DNA from: a virus
Lineage: Duplodnaviria > Caudoviricetes
Direction: 5' to 3' (one strand)
Length of the DNA: 38,118 nt
IMG/VR virus record: IMGVR_UViG_3300035663_000041
Location: 1-38,118 of that record
Shown: piece by piece, positions 17,219 through 24,365 of the stretch
Numbering within the stretch: position 1 is the stretch's first letter
How the letters are laid out: every line of letters starts with the position of its first letter
Program-made: the position numbers and the translations under genes
The notes under the pieces: model-generated
The model's input: only the letters and a program-made list of their open reading frames with translations
Told to the model about the DNA's origin: nothing
The model's database searches: none

Positions 17219-17889
17219 GTGGTCACCGGGAGGAACGGGGTGCGGATGGTGGGGGCTGACGGACGAGCGAGGTCGCCGGTCAGGAACGATGAGAGCAGGG
17301 CCATGTGGTCAGCGACAGGGTGGATGAGACCGGGTTCGCGGAGGACAGCGGCGGGGTGGTAGGTGGCGAAGAAGTGGGTGCGCGGCATGGTGGGGATTGC
17401 CATGCCCTGCGCACGGAATGCTTCTTGCTGGGACATTGCCTTCTTCTGGAACGTGCGGCTCAGGTAGGTGACCGGGTCGGCACCGGCACACAGGATTGCG
17501 CGTGCGTGCGAGGGAGCATGGTGCTCCAGGATTGCGGTGATGTCAAGCAATGTGTTGCTGAAGCACGTGCGATAGTGCGCAGGCTTGGGCTTGCCGCCGG
17601 GCGAGACGCAACGGGCTACGTTGCAGAGGTAGATGGTGGCGAGCTTGTCGACACCGGAGCCAGCGAGGTACGGGCCGGACAGGAGTTGACCGGAGGGACC
17701 GATCCAGCATTCGCCGGCACGATCTTCTTGTGTGCCAGGGTTCATGCCAATGACGATGACCACGGGATTGGTGGAGTCAGACGGCAGGCTGGTGGGTAGG
17801 TGGCGGGACGGGATGCCGACGTTCTTGGCGCCGGAGTGGAGATCGCACGCCGTGCATGCGGGAGCAGCGGGAAGGAGAGTGAGTTGCAT
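17215..17889 (-). CDS. Family 4 uracil-DNA glycosylase-like protein (SPO1 polymerase-associated type, 4Fe-4S)
   Basis: CxxC, 'IGMNPGTQED...WIGPSG', 'NVARC', fourth Cys in 'YRTC', 'TYHPAAVLR'. Start MQLTLL at 17889. Confidence 0.85.
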   Translation of the reverse strand: MQLTLLPAAPACTACDLHSGAKNVGIPSRHLPTSLPSDSTNPVVIVIGMNPGTQEDRAGECWIGPSGQLLSGPYLAGSGVDKLATIYLCNVARCVSPGGKPKPAHYRTCFSNTLLDITAILEHHAPSHARAILCAGADPVTYLSRTFQKKAMSQQEAFRAQGMAIPTMPRTHFFATYHPAAVLREPGLIHPVADHMALLSSFLTGDLARPSAPTIRTPFLPVTT

Positions 17890-17894
17890 GTGGG

Positions 17895-18201
17895 ACCTCG
17901 GGGTTGGAAAAGATACTCCACCAGCCAGAGCCTTATCGTGGTGACCGCGAGTGGCGTGCCTGAACTGTGCGCGGATATCACGGCAGGGAGTGGCAGAGGC
18001 TTGGGTGCTCAGAGGAGGGCGGGTGGCTGGGGAGTACCGACGCACCTTCCCTCCGCTGTACGGGCGGAGGATCTGCGGTGCGCCCACGGTGGACCTAGTC
18101 ATGGCCGTGACTTGGTCCGAGGTGGTTTGGTGGGGGCAGGTCATGGCGCTATGGACTGGCACGAGCCAGGGCATCCACGTCAGAGATCCATGCCTGCCCC
18201 C
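17895..18201 (-). ncRNA. Candidate structured non-coding RNA or leader
   Basis: Four consecutive stem-loop domains filling the intergenic space (see findings). Confidence 0.4.
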
Positions 18202-18207
18202 GTGTGA

Positions 18208-18816
18208 TTAGGTGCGTGCGGGGAGGTAGATGTCACGGGTGCAGAGCACGCCGGGAAGGTTGGAGATCGGGCCACGCTTGTACGGAACGCCGGGGTTGCA
18301 GATCGCGGAGCCACGCTTGAGAAGGGCTTGGCCGAGCGGGAAGTCCAGATCCATCGGGTGCAGCACGTCGATGTACTCCACGCATTCGGATTCGGGCGGC
18401 AGCATCTGGCACGGCTCGTCGAGGATGCGGTAGTACAGGCGGGCGTACAGGTCGCAGTCGGAGAGGTGGTCCGTGTTGATGAGGTAGATGCCTGCCTTGG
18501 ACAGCGCCTCGATGATGGTCCACAGTTCGTCGTGGAGGCAATCGTAGGTGAGGAGTTCCTGCGGGGGGACGGGCGCGATGCCGGACTCGAGGAGCTGGGC
18601 ACGACCCGTGGTCTTGGGTGCCATCTCCAGATCGTAGATCATGGTCCAGTAGAACTCGTCCTTGTCTTCGGGCGAGGCAGACTTGACGAGCTCGGCGATC
18701 TTGGTCTTGCGCTCAGCAACGAACTGCTTGCGCGTGCTGAGGGCTTCGGCCTGGAGGTCGGCGATCTGGTGCGGGCAGGTGAATGAACGGGTGCGGGTGG
18801 CGAAGGTGCTGGTCAT
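18208..18816 (-). CDS. Conserved hypothetical protein (TDHLSD motif)
   Basis: Start MTSTFA with AGGAG RBS; 'LWTIIEAL...YLINTDHLSDCDLY'. Confidence 0.75.
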   Translation of the reverse strand: MTSTFATRTRSFTCPHQIADLQAEALSTRKQFVAERKTKIAELVKSASPEDKDEFYWTMIYDLEMAPKTTGRAQLLESGIAPVPPQELLTYDCLHDELWTIIEALSKAGIYLINTDHLSDCDLYARLYYRILDEPCQMLPPESECVEYIDVLHPMDLDFPLGQALLKRGSAICNPGVPYKRGPISNLPGVLCTRDIYLPART

Positions 18817-19037
18817 GCGTTCTCCTTGTTGGTGGACTGAAGTTCCTTGAGGGCGTCGACGAGGGCGTTGATGCGGGCGTTGGCCTCGAGCAGCTGGCTG
18901 CGCAGGGTGAGGGCGTGCTTGGCGAGTTCGTGCACGCGCTCGCTGTTGAGCAGGTACGTGTCGAGGTAGTACTCCTGGTTGCGGGCTGCCCACTTGGTGT
19001 TGGAGTCGATGAGTTCGGGGAGGTTGATGATCTTCAC
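18813..19037 (-). CDS. Hypothetical coiled-coil protein
   Basis: 74 aa, AAGGA RBS, GTG start. Confidence 0.7.
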   Translation of the reverse strand: MKIINLPELIDSNTKWAARNQEYYLDTYLLNSERVHELAKHALTLRSQLLEANARINALVDALKELQSTNKENA

Positions 19038-19046
19038 GGTGGTTCC

Positions 19047-19817
19047 TTAGACAGTGGCGAGGTAGGAAGTGGCCGCTTGCATGCGGTCAACGGAGGACAG
19101 GGCATTGAGAGAACGCTTCTCGACTTCGGTCACGGCCTGCAGGACGAGGCCCTTGGTCAGACCGTTGCGGCGTTCGGGGAACAGGCCAGCGGGCCCGTCG
19201 TAGTTGGACAGTTCACGGCGCAGGTGGGGGACATTCTGCCAGAGGACAGCGCCGGCATCGGCGAGAGCGCAGGCAGTGGTGTCGATGAACTCACGGGTGT
19301 CGGGCAGGGGGATGGCATCGAACTCGTTGAGGAGCGTGACGAACCGGTTGGCCTGCGCGATGAAGTCGATCATGGCGGAGGCGATGGTCGATTCGTAGGA
19401 GTCGGCCAGGCCCGGCGTGTTCTTGCGGTGGAACGAGATGTGCGCGCCGCCCCACATGGCCATGTTGTCACAGATGGTGGTGCGGAACGACATCATGCCG
19501 GACTGGGCGAACGACTTGTCCCACGAACCACGGAAGCCGAAGCCAACGGTACCGGACGGGCGTTCGATGATGCGCGGGTGCTTGAACTCGATGAGCCCGA
19601 AGAACTTGTCGGCTCCAGTCTTGCCCGGCTTGATGGCGAGGGCTTCGGAGGTGACGGTGCCGCCCATCATGGAGACGGAGTCACGGATGGCGGTGACATA
19701 GGCAGCGTGCGGGATGGGGTGCCACGAGTCGGTCGGGTCGGGGGCCGGGATTGCGGAGAGATTGGTGAAGGAGATCTCGGAAGCGCCGGCGTGGAGGTAG
19801 AGACGGTTGGATGACAT
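19047..19817 (-). CDS. DUF932-family protein
   Basis: 'TDSWHPIPH', 'FFGLIEF', 'GFRGSWDKS' and 'TICDNM' fit the DUF932 pattern. Start MSSNRL with GAGG RBS. Confidence 0.75.
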   Translation of the reverse strand: MSSNRLYLHAGASEISFTNLSAIPAPDPTDSWHPIPHAAYVTAIRDSVSMMGGTVTSEALAIKPGKTGADKFFGLIEFKHPRIIERPSGTVGFGFRGSWDKSFAQSGMMSFRTTICDNMAMWGGAHISFHRKNTPGLADSYESTIASAMIDFIAQANRFVTLLNEFDAIPLPDTREFIDTTACALADAGAVLWQNVPHLRRELSNYDGPAGLFPERRNGLTKGLVLQAVTEVEKRSLNALSSVDRMQAATSYLATV

Positions 19818-19819
19818 GA

Positions 19820-20104
19820 TTAGTCCTCGAGCTGGGGGTTGATGGTGTGGCAGCTGGTACGGAGTGCGTCGCAGTAAGAACGGCAGACCTGCGCGTTGGC
19901 CTGCCATGCACGATGTGCTTCGGTGATGTTGTTGGTCGCGCAGACCAGGTGGACGACGCAGGTGTCGGGATCGGGGTAGTCGGTGGCGATGACCTCGGCG
20001 AAGTTGAGGTCGGGGGTGCCCCAGACCTGCATGACGCGACCGCCGGGAGCGATGGCGCAGAAGATCTGGTACTTGGCGGCGATGATGGGGGTCGTGATTG
20101 TCAT
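19820..20104 (-). CDS. Hypothetical protein
   Basis: Start MTITTP, 94 aa. Confidence 0.6.
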   Translation of the reverse strand: MTITTPIIAAKYQIFCAIAPGGRVMQVWGTPDLNFAEVIATDYPDPDTCVVHLVCATNNITEAHRAWQANAQVCRSYCDALRTSCHTINPQLED

Positions 20105-20115
20105 AGTGGAATGCA

Positions 20116-20177
20116 GAAAGAAAAAAAAAGAAGAACTCCCCCACGGTGGGGGCGCGAACGCGACCCACCGTGGGGGA
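20116..20177 (-). terminator. Intrinsic terminator-like hairpin plus U tract
   Basis: 14-bp stem TCCCCCACGGTGGG/CCCACCGTGGGGGA followed on the minus strand by GTTCTTCTTTTTTTTT. Confidence 0.65.
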
Positions 20178-20316
20178 TGCGAAAGGAGGAAGATGCCTTT
20201 GGTCTTACGGCAGCACAGGACTTTGGCTGCTACGTTTGCCCGCCAACGGTTGTTTCCACTACGGGAAGGCATAGTCCCTATGGGACGCCACCGAATTACG
20301 GAAGGCTATAGACGGT

Positions 20317-20928
20317 TCAGGTGTGGGCCCATCGTACGCGGCGGTCGAGGCCACCGTGCGAAGTCCAGGAGGAGTCGGGGTCACGGGCGAAGCGGTTGGT
20401 GCGCGAGCAGCGGACGATGCCGAGTCGGCGGTAGATGCGGGCACGCATGTCGGACGCACGACCGGACGCGGATGCAGCGGTCATTGCGTGGGTGAGGACA
20501 GCAGGGCTGGGTGGGGTACGGACGATGGACTCGTGGACGCGGGCGTAGCGGTGAGCACCGCCTGCGGACATGGACAGGTCGTGGTCATTGGCAAGTGCGT
20601 TGTTCCACTTGCGGTAGACGGTGCGCCAGGCTGGTGGGAGGTGCTCGATGGAGCGGGTGGTCTCCCACGCTGCGCGGAAGCTGAACTCGTTGACCGAGAC
20701 GCCGTCCTCCTCGCTGGGAAGGACGATGGGCTCGGTCAGGGTGTCGGACGAGGGCGGCTCGAAGTACGGACGACGGTCGTCGGCGCGCTGCGAGTGGTCG
20801 AAGAACGAGGGCTGGGCTGCGGCCTCGACGTCGGAGTGGCGGACGACCCACGAGGAGAAGGCCATGGGGACGAGGAGGGCGGAGACGGTGAGAGAGGGGA
20901 GATCGGGCTGTGTGTTGGGATCGAACAT
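20317..20928 (-). CDS. Hypothetical protein
   Basis: Start MFDPNT with GAAAGGA RBS; 203 aa. Confidence 0.6.
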   Translation of the reverse strand: MFDPNTQPDLPSLTVSALLVPMAFSSWVVRHSDVEAAAQPSFFDHSQRADDRRPYFEPPSSDTLTEPIVLPSEEDGVSVNEFSFRAAWETTRSIEHLPPAWRTVYRKWNNALANDHDLSMSAGGAHRYARVHESIVRTPPSPAVLTHAMTAASASGRASDMRARIYRRLGIVRCSRTNRFARDPDSSWTSHGGLDRRVRWAHT

Positions 20929-20951
20929 GTGGTTCCTTTCGCGAGGAAGTG

Positions 20952-20990
20952 AAACCCCCGTCAGCGTGCAGAGCAGAGGCTGACGGGGGG
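20952..20990 (-). terminator. Terminator-like hairpin after the second SSB-like gene
   Basis: CCCCCGTCAGC/GCTGACGGGGG stem followed by TTTC on the minus strand. Confidence 0.5.
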
Positions 20991-21001
20991 AGTGGATGGC
21001 A

Positions 21002-21637
21002 TCACTTGCGGGACTTGCTGACCAGGTTGCGGCGGCGGGTGGGGGCCACCGGGTTGGTGTCCGTGTCGTCAGCGGTGAACTCGCCTGCCGGGTCGCGCTC
21101 GTTGGCGGCCGACAGGTACGACGGAGCCGCCTTGCTGCCGCGGATGTTGGCGAACGAACGGCCATCCTTGCCGACCGGCTCCGACCAGACGATGTTGGGA
21201 GCAACGCGCTGGCCCGGCAGCATCTTGGCGTACTCGGCGATGGCGAGGAACGAGTCGCGGATGCCATCGGTCGAGCCGGAGGTGCAGGCACGGTTGAGCG
21301 GACGGAAGGCAGCGTAAACCTCGTCACGGTCTGCGCCGGCGATGGCGACCAGATCGCAGAACGAGTTGATCGCAGCCCACGACAGGCTGTACTGGCCGGT
21401 CTCCGAGCGGTTGGTGAACGTGATCTGGTCGCTGACGAACAAGTCGGGCTTGCCCTCGTGCTTGTCGATCTTGGTGTTGATCTTGAAGCGCAGGCAGAAG
21501 TGGCCACGGCTGTCGGTGGTGATGGCCTCGACCTTGCTGATCGTGCCGGAGTAGCGACCGTCGGGGTAGTCGACGCTGCTGGCCACGGCGAAGGCGTTAG
21601 AGGCGAGATTGTTGAGCGAATCGAACTTGATGTCCAT
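21002..21637 (-). CDS. Second DUF669-like single-stranded DNA-binding protein
   Basis: Start MDIKFD with AGGAG RBS; 'YPDGRYSGTISKVE' is a DUF669-type N-terminus; acidic then basic tail. Confidence 0.55.
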   Translation of the reverse strand: MDIKFDSLNNLASNAFAVASSVDYPDGRYSGTISKVEAITTDSRGHFCLRFKINTKIDKHEGKPDLFVSDQITFTNRSETGQYSLSWAAINSFCDLVAIAGADRDEVYAAFRPLNRACTSGSTDGIRDSFLAIAEYAKMLPGQRVAPNIVWSEPVGKDGRSFANIRGSKAAPSYLSAANERDPAGEFTADDTDTNPVAPTRRRNLVSKSRK

Positions 21638-21757
21638 GTGGACTCCTATGAAAGAAAGATGAAAGAAACAGGAAAGAAACAAGAAAGAAAGAGATGTCAC
21701 CCCCCACGCGGGGGGGACGCACGTCCCTCCCCCGCGTGGGGAGAGAGAGCAGGAGGA

Positions 21758-21874
21758 AGAAAACAACATGCTTCCCCCAAGAAGGAAGCAGAGAGGTCGA
21801 TGTTGCACGATGTTGCAGACACGCAACCGGAAACGGCAAACAAAAAACACCTGCCCCCCACCAGCAGGGGCAGG
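21758..21874 (-). terminator. Two tandem terminator-like hairpins
   Basis: CCTGCCCC/GGGGCAGG plus TGTTTTTTGTTT, and TGCTTCC/GGAAGCA plus TGTTGTTTTCTT. Confidence 0.55.
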
Positions 21875-21908
21875 CACTTGCACACGCGCACGCATGCACA
21901 CGCGCACT

Positions 21909-22073
21909 TCAGCCGATGATGACGACTGGCACTTCGGGTGAATCTGGGTCGGCGCCGAAGTGGGCGTTGAAGTCGACCTGCTTCGTCCCGGTGACGTCGT
22001 TGCCGCATCCCAAGATGACGGGGAGGTCCTGCGGGAGAGTCTGCAGGTGGGCGATGAGTTCGCTGACGTTCAT
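21909..22073 (-). CDS. Small phage protein (MxVxELIxxLxxxPxD family)
   Basis: MNVSELIAHLQTLPQDLPV; GAAAGGA RBS. Confidence 0.7.
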   Translation of the reverse strand: MNVSELIAHLQTLPQDLPVILGCGNDVTGTKQVDFNAHFGADPDSPEVPVVIIG

Positions 22074-22369
22074 GCTGTTCCTTTCTTGGTGAAGTAGTCC
22101 TGGCAGTCGTCGCAGATGCGACCTGTCTTGGAGCTGCCGTCGGGCTTGGTGATGGTGCGGACGATGAGGGTGTCGGGATGCTTGTGAATCTCGCACTCCT
22201 CGCACTCCTCGAAGGTTGTGAAGCCGTCCGTGTTGCAGTACCAGGGGCCTGAGTCGGGCTCCGGGCACAGGTCGGGGTGTTCGCGGAAGTCCTCGCATTG
22301 CATTGGCATGGTGAATCCATCACCGATCATGTCGCCGTTGCAGTGCTTGCAGTAGCCGTTTGCTGACAT
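22070..22369 (-). CDS. Cys-rich putative zinc-binding protein
   Basis: Three CxxC pairs plus additional Cys; 99 aa. Confidence 0.65.
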   Translation of the reverse strand: MSANGYCKHCNGDMIGDGFTMPMQCEDFREHPDLCPEPDSGPWYCNTDGFTTFEECEECEIHKHPDTLIVRTITKPDGSSKTGRICDDCQDYFTKKGTA

Positions 22370-22379
22370 GGTGGGGTCC

Positions 22380-22610
22380 TCAGGAGTTGTTGCGGAGCTT
22401 GTTGTGGCACTGGCACAGGAGTTGGGTCATCGCGTGCAGGTCCTTGCAGACGTCGTTGTTCTTGGTGCCTGCGCCGATGAAGCCGTTGTCCCAGTCGTCC
22501 GCGCGGTAGCGGATGCCGAGGATGAGCCCCTTGCAGACGGGGAGCAGGTCGTTCTTGGGGATCGAGACCATGATGGTGTCAGTGAGCGGGTTGTAGTTCG
22601 GGTTGTGCAT
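22380..22610 (-). CDS. Hypothetical protein
   Basis: 76 aa, GAAAGGA RBS. Confidence 0.65.
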   Translation of the reverse strand: MHNPNYNPLTDTIMVSIPKNDLLPVCKGLILGIRYRADDWDNGFIGAGTKNNDVCKDLHAMTQLLCQCHNKLRNNS

Positions 22611-22709
22611 CTGTCAGTCCTTTCTGTGCCAGTGGTCCGACTGGCTGCGGTTGTCCTGAGTGGACGAGAGTGCCCACCGGCGCTGTGGCCAGTGGGCGGA
22701 CTCGACGAC

Positions 22710-23081
22710 TCAGTCCTGCAGGGAGTTGAACTGCTCGGGCTCCGGGCCTTCGCTGGGCACGCACGCCTCCTTGGGGACGAAGGTGTCGCGGGCGCCGTGC
22801 GGCTCGGGCTCCATGTCGCGGGAGACTCTGTCGCACCACGCATCATCGACTGCATCGACGAAGATGCGCTCTGCGATGTCGATGAACTTGTCGAGGTGGT
22901 CCGACACGCCGTTCCACTGCGACTGGAGCTCGAGCATCTCCGGGATCGTGATGAGTTTCGCCACGATCAAGTTGTGCATCGGACGATCTACGGCGAGGCT
23001 GCCGAGATTGCGTACGGACTCCGCTGCAACCTTGAGAGTGCGGAGTGCTTCAAGACGAAGTTCGACCTGAGTGATGGTCAT
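22710..23081 (-). CDS. Hypothetical protein
   Basis: Start MTITQV with AAGGAG RBS. Confidence 0.7.
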   Translation of the reverse strand: MTITQVELRLEALRTLKVAAESVRNLGSLAVDRPMHNLIVAKLITIPEMLELQSQWNGVSDHLDKFIDIAERIFVDAVDDAWCDRVSRDMEPEPHGARDTFVPKEACVPSEGPEPEQFNSLQD

Positions 23082-23143
23082 GCGGGGCTCCTTTCGAGAG
23101 CGCGGGGTTGTGACGGCTCGGCATGCAACGCGCACACCGGGCA

Positions 23144-23180
23144 GAGAGATAAAAACCGCTCCCTCCACGAGCAAGGGAGC
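23144..23180 (-). terminator. Intrinsic terminator-like element
   Basis: GCTCCCT/AGGGAGC stem plus GGTTTTTATCTCTCT. Confidence 0.55.
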
Positions 23181-23227
23181 AGGAAGCCCGACCAACCGCG
23201 GTTAGGCGATTGGCGGGTGGGGTTGGG

Positions 23228-23323
23228 CTACCGCCGGGGCAGCGTGCGGACGATGATGGCCACCGCCGCAGTCGCCGCGAGGGCGATCTGGGCGATGACC
23301 ACGATGGTGCAGAACGCGGTCAA
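23228..23323 (-). CDS. 31-aa single-TM peptide, not in the ORF track
   Basis: MTAFCTIVVIAQIALAATAAVAIIVRTLPRR; TTG start in a TTGA overlap, AAGGA RBS. Confidence 0.55.
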   Translation of the reverse strand: MTAFCTIVVIAQIALAATAAVAIIVRTLPRR

Positions 23324-23658
23324 GCGTTGTCCTTCGGGGTGATGGGGGAGAGGAAGAAGGACGCACGCTTGCCGCTGCGCTTCTCGCCGTTCAGTTCGCT
23401 GTCGTGGCGACCGTTGATCCAGTACGCGGTCTCGACGCCGGTGGTGGTGTCCACGAAGCGCAGGATGCGGACAGGCTCGCTGACGGCGTCGTGCGCGTAC
23501 AGGACGTCGATGCGCACGATGAACGGGTCGACCTTCCGGGTGACGGTAGCCGCGTCGACGGGCGTCATGCGGGCGGCACGCAGGGCTGCGTTCTCCGCGC
23601 GGAGGGCGACGATCTCAGCGGACTCGGTAACGGTAACGGCGGACGTGTCGATAGACAT
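23320..23658 (-). CDS. Hypothetical protein (first gene of the putative early operon)
   Basis: 112 aa, AAGGAG RBS. Confidence 0.75.
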   Translation of the reverse strand: MSIDTSAVTVTESAEIVALRAENAALRAARMTPVDAATVTRKVDPFIVRIDVLYAHDAVSEPVRILRFVDTTTGVETAYWINGRHDSELNGEKRSGKRASFFLSPITPKDNA

Positions 23659-23711
23659 AACTGGCTCCTTTCAAGAGCATTTGGGGACAGGCGCATTCAT
23701 TCGCACGCGCG

Positions 23712-23746
23712 AACAAATAAACCTGCTTCCCCCGTAAGGAAGCAAG
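23712..23746 (-). terminator. Terminator-like hairpin inside the early leader
   Basis: TGCTTCC/GGAAGCA stem plus GGTTTATTTGTT. Confidence 0.55.
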
Positions 23747-23830
23747 TCAGCAATAGAGCGTCACAAAGCGTGGACCGCAGATTCACGAGCGGGGCGTGTA
23801 AGCCCACAAACTCACGGGTTAAGATAAAAG

Positions 23831-23860
23831 GTTATACGCCACGGCTGTTGTGTCTGGTAA
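23831..23860 (-). promoter_or_regulatory. Putative sigma70-type early promoter
   Basis: TTACCA-N18-TATAAC on the minus strand, upstream of the early gene cluster. Confidence 0.4.
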
Positions 23861-24050
23861 CGCTTGAGGGTGGGGTGGGAGGCCCCTGAGTCGGGTGTGG
23901 GTTATATGGGAAAGGGTACATCCCTCTCAAAATTCCCTACCAAATCCCTAACCCGTACCGTCAATACCAACCTTCTTCTCTTTCGTAGAGAGAGTTATAT
24001 ATAAAGGATAGAACCGCACAGGTCAGTCCGGTATACCCGGTATTCTCCCT

Positions 24051-24084
24051 AACAAAACACCCCCACCCCCAGAAGGGGCAGGGG
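24051..24084 (-). terminator. Terminator-like element after the helicase operon
   Basis: C4/G4-rich stem followed on the minus strand by GTGTTTTGTT. Confidence 0.45.
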
Positions 24085-24105
24085 CGCAAAGGAGAAGAAG
24101 CTCGT

Positions 24106-24357
24106 TTAGTCCATCTCGCCCAGGAAGTGCAGCCGCAGATAATGCAGCGCAGCCTTCCGGGTTTCGCCTTCAGCCTCAATCGGCTTTCGGCCTTCCTGCT
24201 TTACCGCTCCCCGGTCGGTACCAATCCACCGTGGCCCAGTAACCCCCTCCAGCCAGTCCAGGTACTTCAAGGCAGCTGAAGCGCGGGGGGTGATATCGCT
24301 CATCACCACCCCCATCACCTGCTCGTTCATCATCTCTTCGTTCTGGTCTGGGCGCAT
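24106..24357 (-). CDS. Hypothetical protein
   Basis: 83 aa, AGGAGG RBS. Confidence 0.7.
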   Translation of the reverse strand: MRPDQNEEMMNEQVMGVVMSDITPRASAALKYLDWLEGVTGPRWIGTDRGAVKQEGRKPIEAEGETRKAALHYLRLHFLGEMD

Positions 24358-24365
24358 CTGGCCTC

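Noticed and set aside
13292-17889. Z-genome (2-aminoadenine) or dU-DNA system
   Set aside because: No purZ, datZ, mazZ, dUTPase-inhibitor or other nucleotide-synthesis gene was recognised in the window; polymerase divergence alone is insufficient.
18128-18201. Canonical tRNA, tmRNA or SRP RNA
   Set aside because: There is no TTCRA T-loop, no cloverleaf, no tag reading frame and no SRP domain IV GGAA/CAGG motif. Kept only as a tRNA-like hairpin candidate.
20225-20290. c-di-GMP-I riboswitch fragments (GGGCAAAC, TGGGACGC)
   Set aside because: The two fragments lie on opposite strands, so the consensus architecture cannot form.
23990-24040. Protelomerase (hairpin telomere) target site
   Set aside because: The palindromes are short (8-10 bp) and no protelomerase or tyrosine recombinase gene is present.
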